Positions 27,286-36,971 of a stretch of 64,000 nt of DNA are shown piece after piece. The notes below the pieces were generated by a model. That model ran no database searches and had not been told where the DNA came from. It saw only the letters and a list, made by a program, of their open reading frames with translations. The position numbers were made by a program, and so were the translations under genes. Where the stretch lies: the NCBI GenBank assembly GCA_964430545.1, contig CAYSFG010000035.1:4463-68462 (forward strand), given 5' to 3'. This DNA is from Candidatus Woesearchaeota archaeon (lineage in GTDB: Archaea > Nanobdellota > Nanobdellia > SCGC-AAA011-G17 > GW2011-AR18). The stretch's first letter is position 1. Each line of letters opens with the position of its first letter.

Positions 27286-27996
27286 GTGGTGATTATATTG
27301 GAACATAAATATAAAATTTTAACAGGAACGATATTCTTATTTATTGGATTATCAATGTTATTTTTTGTATCAAATACAATAACAGGAAATACAGCAAGAG
27401 AATCAACAGGAAATACAATAGGAAATACAACAGGAAATACAATAGGAAATACAATACCAAGAATAATAAATGTAAGTGCATATGCTGGTTATATGGCGGA
27501 TTGTGAACCTTCAGAAACTGGTTTTATAGGTTTCCGTAGTTGTCCTAGAAGAAATGATTATACTATAAATGATAATGATTGGTTGAAATTTTATTTGAGT
27601 ACGAATATACCAATGCATTCATGCTGGATTAGTTCTTTACATGATAGATATGGAAAAACAAATAAGCCTACAGCTCTAATTACCCCCAAAATTATTATGC
27701 ATAAAATTACCTCTACTTATTTTTATGTATCAATATATTCAAATGATGGCGTTCAACTATTATTTAATCAAAACCCAATTAATCCCTATGAATATTTCCC
27801 TTTATTGCAACAATCAATTTTAAAACCTGGAAGTAAATCATGGGATACTATAGAATTTGAATGCATTTCGGCAGACTCACAAGGTCAGATAACATTACCA
27901 GTTATTTCTTATAAAAAATCAAGATCAAATCATGGTGGGTGGTTATCATTATTTTGTCCAGAAAATGGAAATAATCGTGCAGATTGTGGGAAATAA
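27286..27996 (+). CDS. secreted/surface Cys-rich protein with N-terminal signal-anchor (pilin-like class III signal?) and GNTx tandem repeats; paralog of 38164-38667
   Basis: SD GGTGAT at 27288-27293. The likely true start is TTG 27298, giving 'MEHKYKILTGTIFLFIGL...TGNTA', which aligns with 'MENKNKLYLGSVFLVLGL...TGNAA' of the paralog. Six Cys; 'NVS' and 'NTT' sequons; ends 'DCGK'. Confidence 0.55.
   Translation: MVIILEHKYKILTGTIFLFIGLSMLFFVSNTITGNTARESTGNTIGNTTGNTIGNTIPRIINVSAYAGYMADCEPSETGFIGFRSCPRRNDYTINDNDWLKFYLSTNIPMHSCWISSLHDRYGKTNKPTALITPKIIMHKITSTYFYVSIYSNDGVQLLFNQNPINPYEYFPLLQQSILKPGSKSWDTIEFECISADSQGQITLPVISYKKSRSNHGGWLSLFCPENGNNRADCGK
27385..27456 (+). repeat. in-frame 12-nt tandem repeat (ggaaatacaaya; 4 contiguous copies plus one nearby) encoding GNT[IT] repeats
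   Basis: Exact or near-exact 12-mers at 27409, 27421, 27433 and 27445, and a diverged copy at 27385. Confidence 0.75.
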
Positions 27997-28114
27997 ATTA
28001 ATTATTTTTAGTTTATAGTTAAATAAAAATAAACTTCTTTATATCTAATAATTTATACCGTTTGTTATATTTTATATTAGTAAAACATATAAAACTTAAA
28101 GAAATTATAAAACT

Positions 28115-29653
28115 ATGCTAAATAATAAAAAAGTAAATTATTCTTTAATACTAATAATATTATTAACATTATTCCTAAGATTATTTTGGTTAAATCATAC
28201 AATATTAGAAGGAGATATGTTTAGAGATTTAACTATTGCCGATAATATTATTAAAGGAAATATTAGATTAGTTGGAATAACTGCAGGGATAGAAGAAACA
28301 TCAACTCAACAATCATTTGGTCCTATAATGTATTATATACTTGCTTTTTTAATGTTAATATCTAAAAATCTTTTATTTATTGTAGGATTTGTGGCTTTAT
28401 TAAATTCATTAGCTGTGTTATTAACTTATTATTTTTGTAGAAAATATTTTGATGAAAAAACTGCGATAATTGCTTCTTTATTATATGCTATAAACCCATG
28501 GGCTATATATATGAGCGATATATTCTGGAATCCCAATTTTTTACCGATATTTTCAATATTATTATTTTATTTTTTATTTAAATTAATTATAAATGAAAAT
28601 AATTGGGCTTTTCCTATAACCAGCTTTTTAATAGCAATAATGCTAAACTTTCACCTAACACCATTATTTTATTTACCAATATTAATTTTATCAATATTAT
28701 TATTTAGAAGAGATATAAAACTTAAATATTATTTTTATAGTTTAATAACTTTTTTATTACCATTTATACCCTTTATTTATTTTAATTTAAAACACGGATA
28801 TTCATTACTAGGACCAGTATTATATGGTTCAGTAAGAGAATCAAGCACATTTTTTACAAGTTTAATAGAATCTATAGGAATACCTATAATGTTAGCTACT
28901 AATTATTTAGGAAAGTATGTTTATGGAGAAAGTTTTATTTTTTATAATAAAATAATGTATTATCTGGTTTTATTTATAACTGCTATAACAGTATTATTAT
29001 TTGGATTAGGATTATTATATTTAATTTTACAAATAAGAAAAGATATAATTTTAAAGAATAATACTAAGGTAAAATATTATTTAATTTTATTTATTATAAT
29101 TATACCTATGTTATTACAATTTATAAGATTTAGCAATATAAGCCCACACTACTATTTTATGTTATATCCAATACAATTTGTATTACTAGGTTTAATAATT
29201 AAAAAATTAATAGAATATAAAAATCTTAAAAAAATAACTTATTTTATACTTGTTTTAATAATTTTAATCAATTTATTTACGATATATGCCTTACATGATT
29301 ATATAGAAAAAAATGGAAGCACAAAATATGGGGAATTTAGTATATCTTATAAAAATAAACAAGAAGTAATTAATTTTATAGTCAATGATTCAAAAGAACA
29401 ACCAATAAAAATACTATTTTATGGAAGAAGTTATAAAAGTTTTAAATACTTATTTGATAATCAAAACATTAAAATAGATTATAAAACTATAGATAATAGT
29501 GATAATATTAAAAATTTTAATGGTTATTATTTAATATTAGACAAAGTATCTTATCATAGAGTAATATTAAATAAAGAACAAGAAGACTTTTTTAATAATT
29601 TAAAGATACATTATATTATAAGAAGCGTTGATTTATACAAAATTAAAGAATAA
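28115..29653 (+). CDS. polytopic membrane protein, GT-C-fold (ArnT/PMT-like) glycosyltransferase candidate
   Basis: 512 aa; about 11 TM helices in the N-terminal two-thirds, then a soluble C-terminal domain. Confidence 0.45.
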   Translation: MLNNKKVNYSLILIILLTLFLRLFWLNHTILEGDMFRDLTIADNIIKGNIRLVGITAGIEETSTQQSFGPIMYYILAFLMLISKNLLFIVGFVALLNSLAVLLTYYFCRKYFDEKTAIIASLLYAINPWAIYMSDIFWNPNFLPIFSILLFYFLFKLIINENNWAFPITSFLIAIMLNFHLTPLFYLPILILSILLFRRDIKLKYYFYSLITFLLPFIPFIYFNLKHGYSLLGPVLYGSVRESSTFFTSLIESIGIPIMLATNYLGKYVYGESFIFYNKIMYYLVLFITAITVLLFGLGLLYLILQIRKDIILKNNTKVKYYLILFIIIIPMLLQFIRFSNISPHYYFMLYPIQFVLLGLIIKKLIEYKNLKKITYFILVLIILINLFTIYALHDYIEKNGSTKYGEFSISYKNKQEVINFIVNDSKEQPIKILFYGRSYKSFKYLFDNQNIKIDYKTIDNSDNIKNFNGYYLILDKVSYHRVILNKEQEDFFNNLKIHYIIRSVDLYKIKE

Positions 29654-31613
29654 TAATTGCTATTATAACAATACATAAAGTTACTAAACTTATAATCTCA
29701 AATATTTTAGGTATAGCTATAAATTCTAATGTAAAGTTTGTTCGACCTTTAGGAATTTCCAAACCTATAAGCTTATTACTAGTTTCATAAATCTTTATAT
29801 TATTATTTATTTTCCAATAAGGATGATACGAAAACTTTAATTCAATATTTTGTTTATTACTACTATTAATTAGAAATTCTATTTTATCATTATTTATAAA
29901 ACTAATGTTATAATCCAATGGCTTTTCATAACTTATCCATAAAGGATTATAATCTTTAAAATTAAATACAGAAAAAGTTTTGCCTTCTTTTTCTAAAATA
30001 AAATCTTTAGAACTTAAAAGTTTATTTTTTAGTATTTTATCTGAAGTAATTACATATTTAGAATTATAAGTTATTAAAATATTTTTAAATTCATTAATTG
30101 AAACATTTTCAATTTTATTTTTACCTATAACGCCAGTTTCTGTAATTAAAAACTCTTCAGTATGATAAACTCTAGTAATCCAAGAGGTTAAAAAATTTAC
30201 TTTTGTATAAATTGGTGAAATTGATAATATCATATTTTTTCTTTCAATATTAGAATTACCATATGTATTTTGATCAAAAACTCTTGTTTTATAAGGGTCT
30301 ACTGTATTATTAATCCATAAAATAGTTTCAATAGCCTCATTAAATGTAATAGAAGAACTTGAAGTTTGAGTAAGTGATTTATTAGGAATATTAATAGTAA
30401 TAAACATCAATGGAATAATTAGCATACCTAATAAAGTTAAATATAAGACTTTTTTATATTTTTTAATTAAGAATGATAAACCTATAACTGCAAAAAATGG
30501 AAGTAATATTTTTGCTGTATAAACTGCACGTGCAGGATAAACTGCAATAGTATTAAGAATTGTTATATCAGTAAAAAATGGAATTAAGAGCCAAAAATTA
30601 CTTGCATATAATACTAATATTAGAAAGAAAATAAACATGGTCCTTATTTCTATATTTTTTAAAAGTTTATTTTTAAATATATAAAAAATTCCTAAAAATG
30701 CTAATAAATCTAAAAGTAAAACTGATAAATTTTTAAAAATAGAATAGAATAATTCTAAAAAACCTTCTTTTAAGTTAATATTTAAAATTTTTATTATGGG
30801 TTCTAAATGAATTTTTAGAGAAAATAACATTCCTGTCTCAATAAATATAATCTCTTTTAGACTATTGCCAAGACCAATCCTTGTTCCTATTGGTGTGTTT
30901 GTATAATTACTTGTTTGAATTATTGGAAAAATGTAAAAACTGCTTAATAATATCCCTATGACTAATACAATCAATAAATAATAAATATTTCTCTTATAAT
31001 TTTTATAATCTGCTAAAGTTTTGCAAAACAAAAACATTATAGCAATAATCCCGATAATATTGTGGGCTAGTATTATTAAAAATAAAATTATAGCAAGAAT
31101 CAATGAATTTTTTAAATTTTGTTTTAATTTAAATGAAAAATCAATTAATAATATTAATAAGCATAAAGCAATACCTGTTGCCCATAAACCCGTCAATATA
31201 GCTCCATGCCAGCTTTCAATAAATAATAAAGATATAGAAACTAATAAACTTGGAAGTATTTTAAATCTAAACTTTAAAAATCTAAACATTAATAATGAAG
31301 GACCGATAAAACTTAAAAATAAAATTATTTTATAGGCTAATTCTATATTTATAATTAAAGATAGTAAAACTATAAGATAATGACCTAATATTGGAATATA
31401 TGTGTAAAGAGGAATACCTGCAAAAACATAAGGGTACCATCCAGAAATATTTCCATTTGCTATTAATGTTTTTAAATAATATAATTCAATAAAATGTGGA
31501 ATATTATCTGAATAAGTCATCAAGCCCGGAGAAAATATAGAATGTAGTAAAATAAAAGCAGTAAATAATAGTATAAAATAAGGAATATACTCTTTTGAAT
31601 TGTTTATTTTCAT
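29643..31613 (-). CDS. large polytopic membrane protein (YfhO/GT-C-like) with C-terminal extracytoplasmic domain
   Basis: 656 aa; about 13 TM helices followed by a roughly 250-aa hydrophilic domain and a terminal TM helix. Confidence 0.4.
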   Translation of the reverse strand: MKINNSKEYIPYFILLFTAFILLHSIFSPGLMTYSDNIPHFIELYYLKTLIANGNISGWYPYVFAGIPLYTYIPILGHYLIVLLSLIINIELAYKIILFLSFIGPSLLMFRFLKFRFKILPSLLVSISLLFIESWHGAILTGLWATGIALCLLILLIDFSFKLKQNLKNSLILAIILFLIILAHNIIGIIAIMFLFCKTLADYKNYKRNIYYLLIVLVIGILLSSFYIFPIIQTSNYTNTPIGTRIGLGNSLKEIIFIETGMLFSLKIHLEPIIKILNINLKEGFLELFYSIFKNLSVLLLDLLAFLGIFYIFKNKLLKNIEIRTMFIFFLILVLYASNFWLLIPFFTDITILNTIAVYPARAVYTAKILLPFFAVIGLSFLIKKYKKVLYLTLLGMLIIPLMFITINIPNKSLTQTSSSSITFNEAIETILWINNTVDPYKTRVFDQNTYGNSNIERKNMILSISPIYTKVNFLTSWITRVYHTEEFLITETGVIGKNKIENVSINEFKNILITYNSKYVITSDKILKNKLLSSKDFILEKEGKTFSVFNFKDYNPLWISYEKPLDYNISFINNDKIEFLINSSNKQNIELKFSYHPYWKINNNIKIYETSNKLIGLEIPKGRTNFTLEFIAIPKIFEIISLVTLCIVIIAIIIL

Positions 31614-31669
31614 TTAAACTTTGTATATCAGAAAAATATATAAATGCTTAAGATTAACAATAGTTTACT

Positions 31670-32491
31670 ATGGTAGATATAAAAAAGGTTTTATTTGTAA
31701 ATCCTAAACCTCAGGTTTCTCAGGTAATAATGGAAGCAACACAATATCCACCACTAGGAATAGCTTATACTGCGGCTTATTTAGAAACTCATGGAATAGA
31801 ATGTAAAATTATAGATGCAGATATTTTAAATTTAGAAAATGAAGAAATTTATGAAAATATAAAAAATTTTAATCCTGATATGGTAGGAATAACATTTAAT
31901 GTAGCAAAAGTACAGGAAGCAATAACAATATCAACTTGGATAAAAAATACTTTAGGAAAAATAGTTATTTTAGGAGGGCCATCTTCATCAGGAGATGTTA
32001 AAGAAGTATTAAAAAAATCAAAAGCAGATTGTATAGTAAAATCAGAAGGAGAAATAGTTACATTAAATATTGTACAAACAAAAGCAGATTTTAAAAACAT
32101 AAAAGGTATAGTTTATTTAAATGGTGAAGAGTTAATAGTAACACCAGACCAAGAACCAATAAGAGACTTAGATTCATTACCTATACCTGCATATCATTTA
32201 TTACCTCCATTAAAATTATATAAAACCAGGGCAAGAAAAATGCCAGTAGTTCCTATGGTCACAGAAAGAGGATGCCCCTATGGTTGTATGTTTTGTAATT
32301 CTGCAAAAACAGGATTCAGACCAAGAAGCCCAGAAAATGTTGTAAAAGAAATAGAAACATTAATCAATAAATTTGGGGTGAAACAAATAGATATCTTAGA
32401 TGATAATTTTACTTTTAATTTAGATAGAGCACATAAAATATGTGATTTAATATTGGAAAAAAAAAATAAAAATATTAATAACTTTTCCTAA
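31670..32491 (+). CDS. B12-binding radical SAM protein, N-terminal fragment (gene split by frameshift in an A10 run)
   Basis: B12-binding domain 'KVLFVNPKP...PPLGIAYTAAYLETHGIECKIIDADI'; radical SAM 'ERGCPYGCMFC' (CxxxCxxC). Confidence 0.6.
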   Translation: MVDIKKVLFVNPKPQVSQVIMEATQYPPLGIAYTAAYLETHGIECKIIDADILNLENEEIYENIKNFNPDMVGITFNVAKVQEAITISTWIKNTLGKIVILGGPSSSGDVKEVLKKSKADCIVKSEGEIVTLNIVQTKADFKNIKGIVYLNGEELIVTPDQEPIRDLDSLPIPAYHLLPPLKLYKTRARKMPVVPMVTERGCPYGCMFCNSAKTGFRPRSPENVVKEIETLINKFGVKQIDILDDNFTFNLDRAHKICDLILEKKNKNINNFS

Positions 32492-32534
32492 TGGATTAAG
32501 AGCAGATAGATTAACAGAAGAATTAGTTGCAAAA

Positions 32535-33080
32535 ATGGCAAAAGCTGGAGTTTATAGGACAGGAATAGGAATAGAATCAGGAGAACAAAAAATAGTAGAC
32601 GGAATAAAAAAATCATTAGACTTAGAAAAAGTAAGAATAGCAATGAAATGGTTAAGAAAATATGGAATAATCTCATTTGGATATTTCCAATTTGGCTTAC
32701 CTGGAGAAACATTTGACTCAATGCAAAAAACAATAGATTTTGCAAGAGATATAAACCCAAACTGGGCAAATTTTGGAGTAACAACACCATTACCAGGTAC
32801 TTTATTATATAAAATGTTAAAAGATACTAATAAATTAAATACTTCTGAAGATCAAAATATATCTACTGGATTTTATTCAATAAAAAAAGGATATGGTGAT
32901 ACAGAAACTTTAAAAATGCAGGATGTTTTAGATTATCAAAGAAAAGCATGGATGAAGTTTTATTTCAGACCAAGTAAAATGTTTGATGTACTTAAAACAA
33001 TAAAATCCTATGGAGAATTAAGGTGGACATTATCTCTAGCTTTTCCTATATTAAAAGGAATTATAAATAAAGGAAATTAA
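32535..33080 (+). CDS. B12-binding radical SAM protein, C-terminal fragment
   Basis: An alternative frame upstream of the annotated Met continues 'FPNGLRADRLTEELVAKMAKAGVYRTGIGIESG', the canonical radical SAM core, contiguous with the upstream fragment after a 1-nt shift at 32457-32466. Confidence 0.6.
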   Translation: MAKAGVYRTGIGIESGEQKIVDGIKKSLDLEKVRIAMKWLRKYGIISFGYFQFGLPGETFDSMQKTIDFARDINPNWANFGVTTPLPGTLLYKMLKDTNKLNTSEDQNISTGFYSIKKGYGDTETLKMQDVLDYQRKAWMKFYFRPSKMFDVLKTIKSYGELRWTLSLAFPILKGIINKGN

Positions 33081-33129
33081 TATTGAAATTAAGCTTTCAA
33101 ATGTGTTAAATAATTCATATAATATCACT

Positions 33130-33852
33130 CTAAAATTTTTTTATACCTAATACTTGGATTCCATGACCTTCTCTTTTTATAATATTGTTATAACCAGCTT
33201 CTTTATACCATTTTTCTATTTCTTCAAAAGTATGAATGCTTTGATATTTTGGAGATAAATAATCAAATATTAAAAATTCAAGAGATTTTATAGTAAATTT
33301 CCTATTATATTTTGAAAAGTAATTTAATATATTAATAGGTATATAAATGAATAATGCAAATATTAAAGAAATTAATTTTATGATTGAGTAATGATACTTA
33401 TATACTATAAAATATTTTCTAATTAACATAAATATATTTCTTTTAGAATAAACCATAATATACAATCTATCTTTATTTACTCTTGCAAGTTCCATAAAAG
33501 CTTTTTTTGGATTAGGAGTATGATGTAAAACCCCCTCACAATAGATTATATCAAAAAATGAATCAGGAAACGACAAATTCATAATATCTGCTTTAATAAA
33601 TTTTAAATTTTTACTTTTAGGCAAAGTAATTATATCAATACCATATACTTTTTTAGAATACTTTGAAATAGACTTAGTTAATCTTCCTGAACCACATCCA
33701 GCATCAAGAATCTGTTTATTAGTTAGGTTATAAGGCTTTAATTTTATATCATTACAAAATTTATAAAATTCTTCCTTTTTACTTAATCCATAGGTTAAAT
33801 ACTTTGTATCATAATTTTTCCATTGATATTCAAAAGACCAAGTTTTATTCAT
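33130..33852 (-). CDS. class I SAM-dependent methyltransferase
   Basis: Motif I 'ILDAGCGSGRLT'. Confidence 0.65.
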   Translation of the reverse strand: MNKTWSFEYQWKNYDTKYLTYGLSKKEEFYKFCNDIKLKPYNLTNKQILDAGCGSGRLTKSISKYSKKVYGIDIITLPKSKNLKFIKADIMNLSFPDSFFDIIYCEGVLHHTPNPKKAFMELARVNKDRLYIMVYSKRNIFMLIRKYFIVYKYHYSIIKLISLIFALFIYIPINILNYFSKYNRKFTIKSLEFLIFDYLSPKYQSIHTFEEIEKWYKEAGYNNIIKREGHGIQVLGIKKF

Positions 33853-33919
33853 AAAATCACTTTATAATAAAGATTTCTGGTTTTTATTAAACTTTTTATT
33901 TTATTAGTTTTGTGTAATT

Positions 33920-34717
33920 TTATTTTTTAGTTATATAACCATAAATAAAAGAACCATAATTATGTTTAAAATATGTTTTATTTAAAAGCCATTCAAAAAA
34001 ATTATATGGATATACTAAATAACATAAAGGAGAACTAAATAATCTTTTAAAATATTCTTTAGAATAACTAATATTAGAAATACCATCAAGAACAATAATA
34101 TTAAAATTAAATTTTTCAAAATTTTTTTTTATATCTTCTTTTATGACAAACTTTTCATTAGGAGTTCTCATATTATTGCTGTTAAAAGGAGATTTCTCAT
34201 CTCTAAAAAGCCATAAAACTGGGTTTTTAGCATTAGGTTCAAAGATAAATACTTTACCATTATTTTTTAATATTCTATTAATTTCTCTAATAACCTTTTC
34301 ATAGTTAATAAAGTGATGTAAAATACCGCATAAAAATATTATATCTACAGACCCTTTTTTAAGTTTAGTATTCTCTATATCGCCAACTATAAATTTTATA
34401 TTTTTGAAATTTTTTTTAGCCATACTAATACAATTATTAGAAATATCAATACCCAATATGTTGTTAAGATTATTTTTACTTATTTTATAGGTTATTTCTC
34501 CAGTACCACAACCCATATCTATAATTAAATCTTCTTTAGATGGTTTTGTAAGATTAATAAACAAATTAATAATTTTATCATAAGTTTTTGAAGAGAACGC
34601 ATTCCAATGTTGTTCTATGGTAAATTCATTAAAATAATTTTTTTCTTTGGTTTTGTCTTGCATAAAACTTAAAATTAATTGTGCTATATAAATATAATCT
34701 TTATTAAAAATATTCAT
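33920..34717 (-). CDS. class I SAM-dependent methyltransferase
   Basis: Motif I 'IIDMGCGTGEIT'; motif II 'DIIFLCGILHH'. Confidence 0.65.
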   Translation of the reverse strand: MNIFNKDYIYIAQLILSFMQDKTKEKNYFNEFTIEQHWNAFSSKTYDKIINLFINLTKPSKEDLIIDMGCGTGEITYKISKNNLNNILGIDISNNCISMAKKNFKNIKFIVGDIENTKLKKGSVDIIFLCGILHHFINYEKVIREINRILKNNGKVFIFEPNAKNPVLWLFRDEKSPFNSNNMRTPNEKFVIKEDIKKNFEKFNFNIIVLDGISNISYSKEYFKRLFSSPLCYLVYPYNFFEWLLNKTYFKHNYGSFIYGYITKK

Positions 34718-34827
34718 ATTTTAGTGTTATAATAATATTTTAATTAAAAAATTAAATTTTTATATTATATAAATAACCATTTTAATTTATTAGTAAAACA
34801 TATAAAACTTGTAGAAATTCTTAAAAC

Positions 34828-36120
34828 ATGCTAAAAATATATAATGGGAAGAAAAAAGTATTAATATTGGGTGGTGGGTTGTCTGGATTAGCAGCAGCTG
34901 ATAGATTGTTGGATACTCAAGATTATGAAATTTTAATTTTAGAAAAAGCTTCATTTTTAGGGGGATTAGCCTCAAGTTTTCTGAAAGATGGAGAAGAAAT
35001 ACCTAGGTTTAATCATCATATTGTAAGTAGTAATAGGATAACATTAGATTATTTAAAAAGATATAATTTAATGGGTGAAAATATCTGGAAAAAAGTAAAA
35101 ATGGCCATATGTGTATATGGAGAATTATATAATATAAATACTTTAATGGGTTTATTAAAATTTAAGTTTTTAAGTTTAAAAGGAAGAATAAAATTAGGCC
35201 TTTTTGGAGCTTACTTAATATTTTTAATGGATCCAGAAAAAATACCAGATAATATGGATGCAGAAAGTTGGTTATTAAAATATGCAGGAAAAGAAGTCAC
35301 TGAAAAAGTATGGTATAATTTATATGCTAGAAATAAATTTAATTTAAACTTAAAACAGATATCTGCAAAACAATTTGCTAATAGATTATATGAAAAAGAA
35401 GGATATGATGATTTTACTTACCCTATGAAAGGAATACAGGGAATGATAGATGGATTGGAAAGAGATATAAAAGATAAAAAAGGAAATATACTTATGTCTG
35501 TAAATATAAAAGAACTCGATATAGAAAATAAAACAATTAAGTATATTGTAGATGATAAAGAAGAAAAATATTATTTTGATATTATAATTAATACAATACC
35601 TGTACCAGAATTATTAAAATTTACAAAAGGATTACCGAAAGAATATATAAAAGAAATTAAAAAATTAAGATATGTGCCTGTTGTTGGATTATGTTTTGGT
35701 ACAAAAGAATATTTAGACAAAGATAATTATTGGATAAATCTAATAAATGAAAGAATACATGTAATCTACCAACATTCATTATTAATAGATAAATATAAAT
35801 CAAAAGTATCATGGTGTATAAGATATGGTGGAAGTGAAGAAGATTTAATTAAAACAGATGAAGATATAAAAGAAAAATATTTGGAAGTAATTAAAAAATA
35901 TTTTCCAGAAATGAAATTAGAATGGTGTATGGTATTTAGAGAAAAATATGCAGAACCAATATATGATAAAGAGTATATAAAATATTGCCCTAAATATAAA
36001 ACACCAATACCTTATTTATTTAACTCAGGAATACAAGTAACATTCCCTAAAATAAGAAATATGAATGTGGCTTTAGAATCTGGAATAAAAGTTGCAGAAA
36101 TAATTATGGGGAAAAAATGA
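34828..36120 (+). CDS. FAD/NAD(P)-binding oxidoreductase (amine-oxidase / phytoene-desaturase / UDP-galactopyranose-mutase-like Rossmann family)
   Basis: N-terminal dinucleotide-binding 'VLILGGGLSGLAAADRLL...ILEKASFLGGLA'. Confidence 0.6.
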   Translation: MLKIYNGKKKVLILGGGLSGLAAADRLLDTQDYEILILEKASFLGGLASSFLKDGEEIPRFNHHIVSSNRITLDYLKRYNLMGENIWKKVKMAICVYGELYNINTLMGLLKFKFLSLKGRIKLGLFGAYLIFLMDPEKIPDNMDAESWLLKYAGKEVTEKVWYNLYARNKFNLNLKQISAKQFANRLYEKEGYDDFTYPMKGIQGMIDGLERDIKDKKGNILMSVNIKELDIENKTIKYIVDDKEEKYYFDIIINTIPVPELLKFTKGLPKEYIKEIKKLRYVPVVGLCFGTKEYLDKDNYWINLINERIHVIYQHSLLIDKYKSKVSWCIRYGGSEEDLIKTDEDIKEKYLEVIKKYFPEMKLEWCMVFREKYAEPIYDKEYIKYCPKYKTPIPYLFNSGIQVTFPKIRNMNVALESGIKVAEIIMGKK

Positions 36121-36971
36121 AAATAAAATCATTATTATTGTTATTAAGAATTAACCAATGGTATAAAAATTTAGTTATATATTTGGGAATAATATTTTCA
36201 GGACTATTATTAAATATAAATTTATTATCTTTAGTAACATTAGGTTTTATTAGTTTATGTTTACTATCTTCTACAAATTATATAATAAATGATATTATAG
36301 ATAGAAAAAAAGATATAGAACATCCTGAAAAGAAAAAAAGACCTATAGCTTCTGGGGAAATAAATATATATATTGCACTAATTTTAGCTTTAATATTATT
36401 TATAATATCATTATATCTAGCTTATATTATAAATCTTAATTTTTTTTATACTGTAGTAATCTTATTTATAATTACTACTTTTTATTCTATATTATTAAAA
36501 AATGTATTATTTTTAGATATATTAATAATATCAACAAATTTTGTAATAAGGGCTGTATCAGGAATATTTATAATTAAGAAAACATTATCTCCATGGTTAG
36601 TGTTATGTCCATTCTTTTTGGCATTGTTTTTAGTTGTTGGAAAAAGGAAAGCAGACTTAGATTTATTAAAAACAAATGCAGAAAGTCATAAACTAGTATT
36701 AAAACATTACACACCAGAAATAACAAATGCGTTATTAATTATATCTACTACACTTTTAATAATTTCTTATTCGTTATATGCTTTTCTAAGTGAACATAAA
36801 TATTTATTATTAACTTTGCCATTTGCTATTTATGTTATATTTAAATATTTATTTTTAATATATACAGAATCAGAAATAGCAAGAAAACCACATATAATAT
36901 ATAAAGATAAAGAATTATTAATTGGAATAATAATGTGGATATTAATTACTTTATTACTTTTATATCTCTAA
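36117..36971 (+). CDS. UbiA-family prenyl-phosphate transferase (motif resembles the decaprenyl-phosphate phosphoribosyltransferase subgroup)
   Basis: 'NYIINDIIDRKKDIEHPEKKKRPIASG' (NDxxDxxxD...RPIASG); 8-9 TM helices; ATGA overlap with the FAD oxidoreductase. Confidence 0.7.
   Translation: MKIKSLLLLLRINQWYKNLVIYLGIIFSGLLLNINLLSLVTLGFISLCLLSSTNYIINDIIDRKKDIEHPEKKKRPIASGEINIYIALILALILFIISLYLAYIINLNFFYTVVILFIITTFYSILLKNVLFLDILIISTNFVIRAVSGIFIIKKTLSPWLVLCPFFLALFLVVGKRKADLDLLKTNAESHKLVLKHYTPEITNALLIISTTLLIISYSLYAFLSEHKYLLLTLPFAIYVIFKYLFLIYTESEIARKPHIIYKDKELLIGIIMWILITLLLLYL

Noticed and set aside
34790-34975. 61-aa minus-strand ORF spanning the start of the FAD oxidoreductase
   Set aside because: It overlaps the promoter and 5' end of a well-supported gene. 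No independent signals support it.
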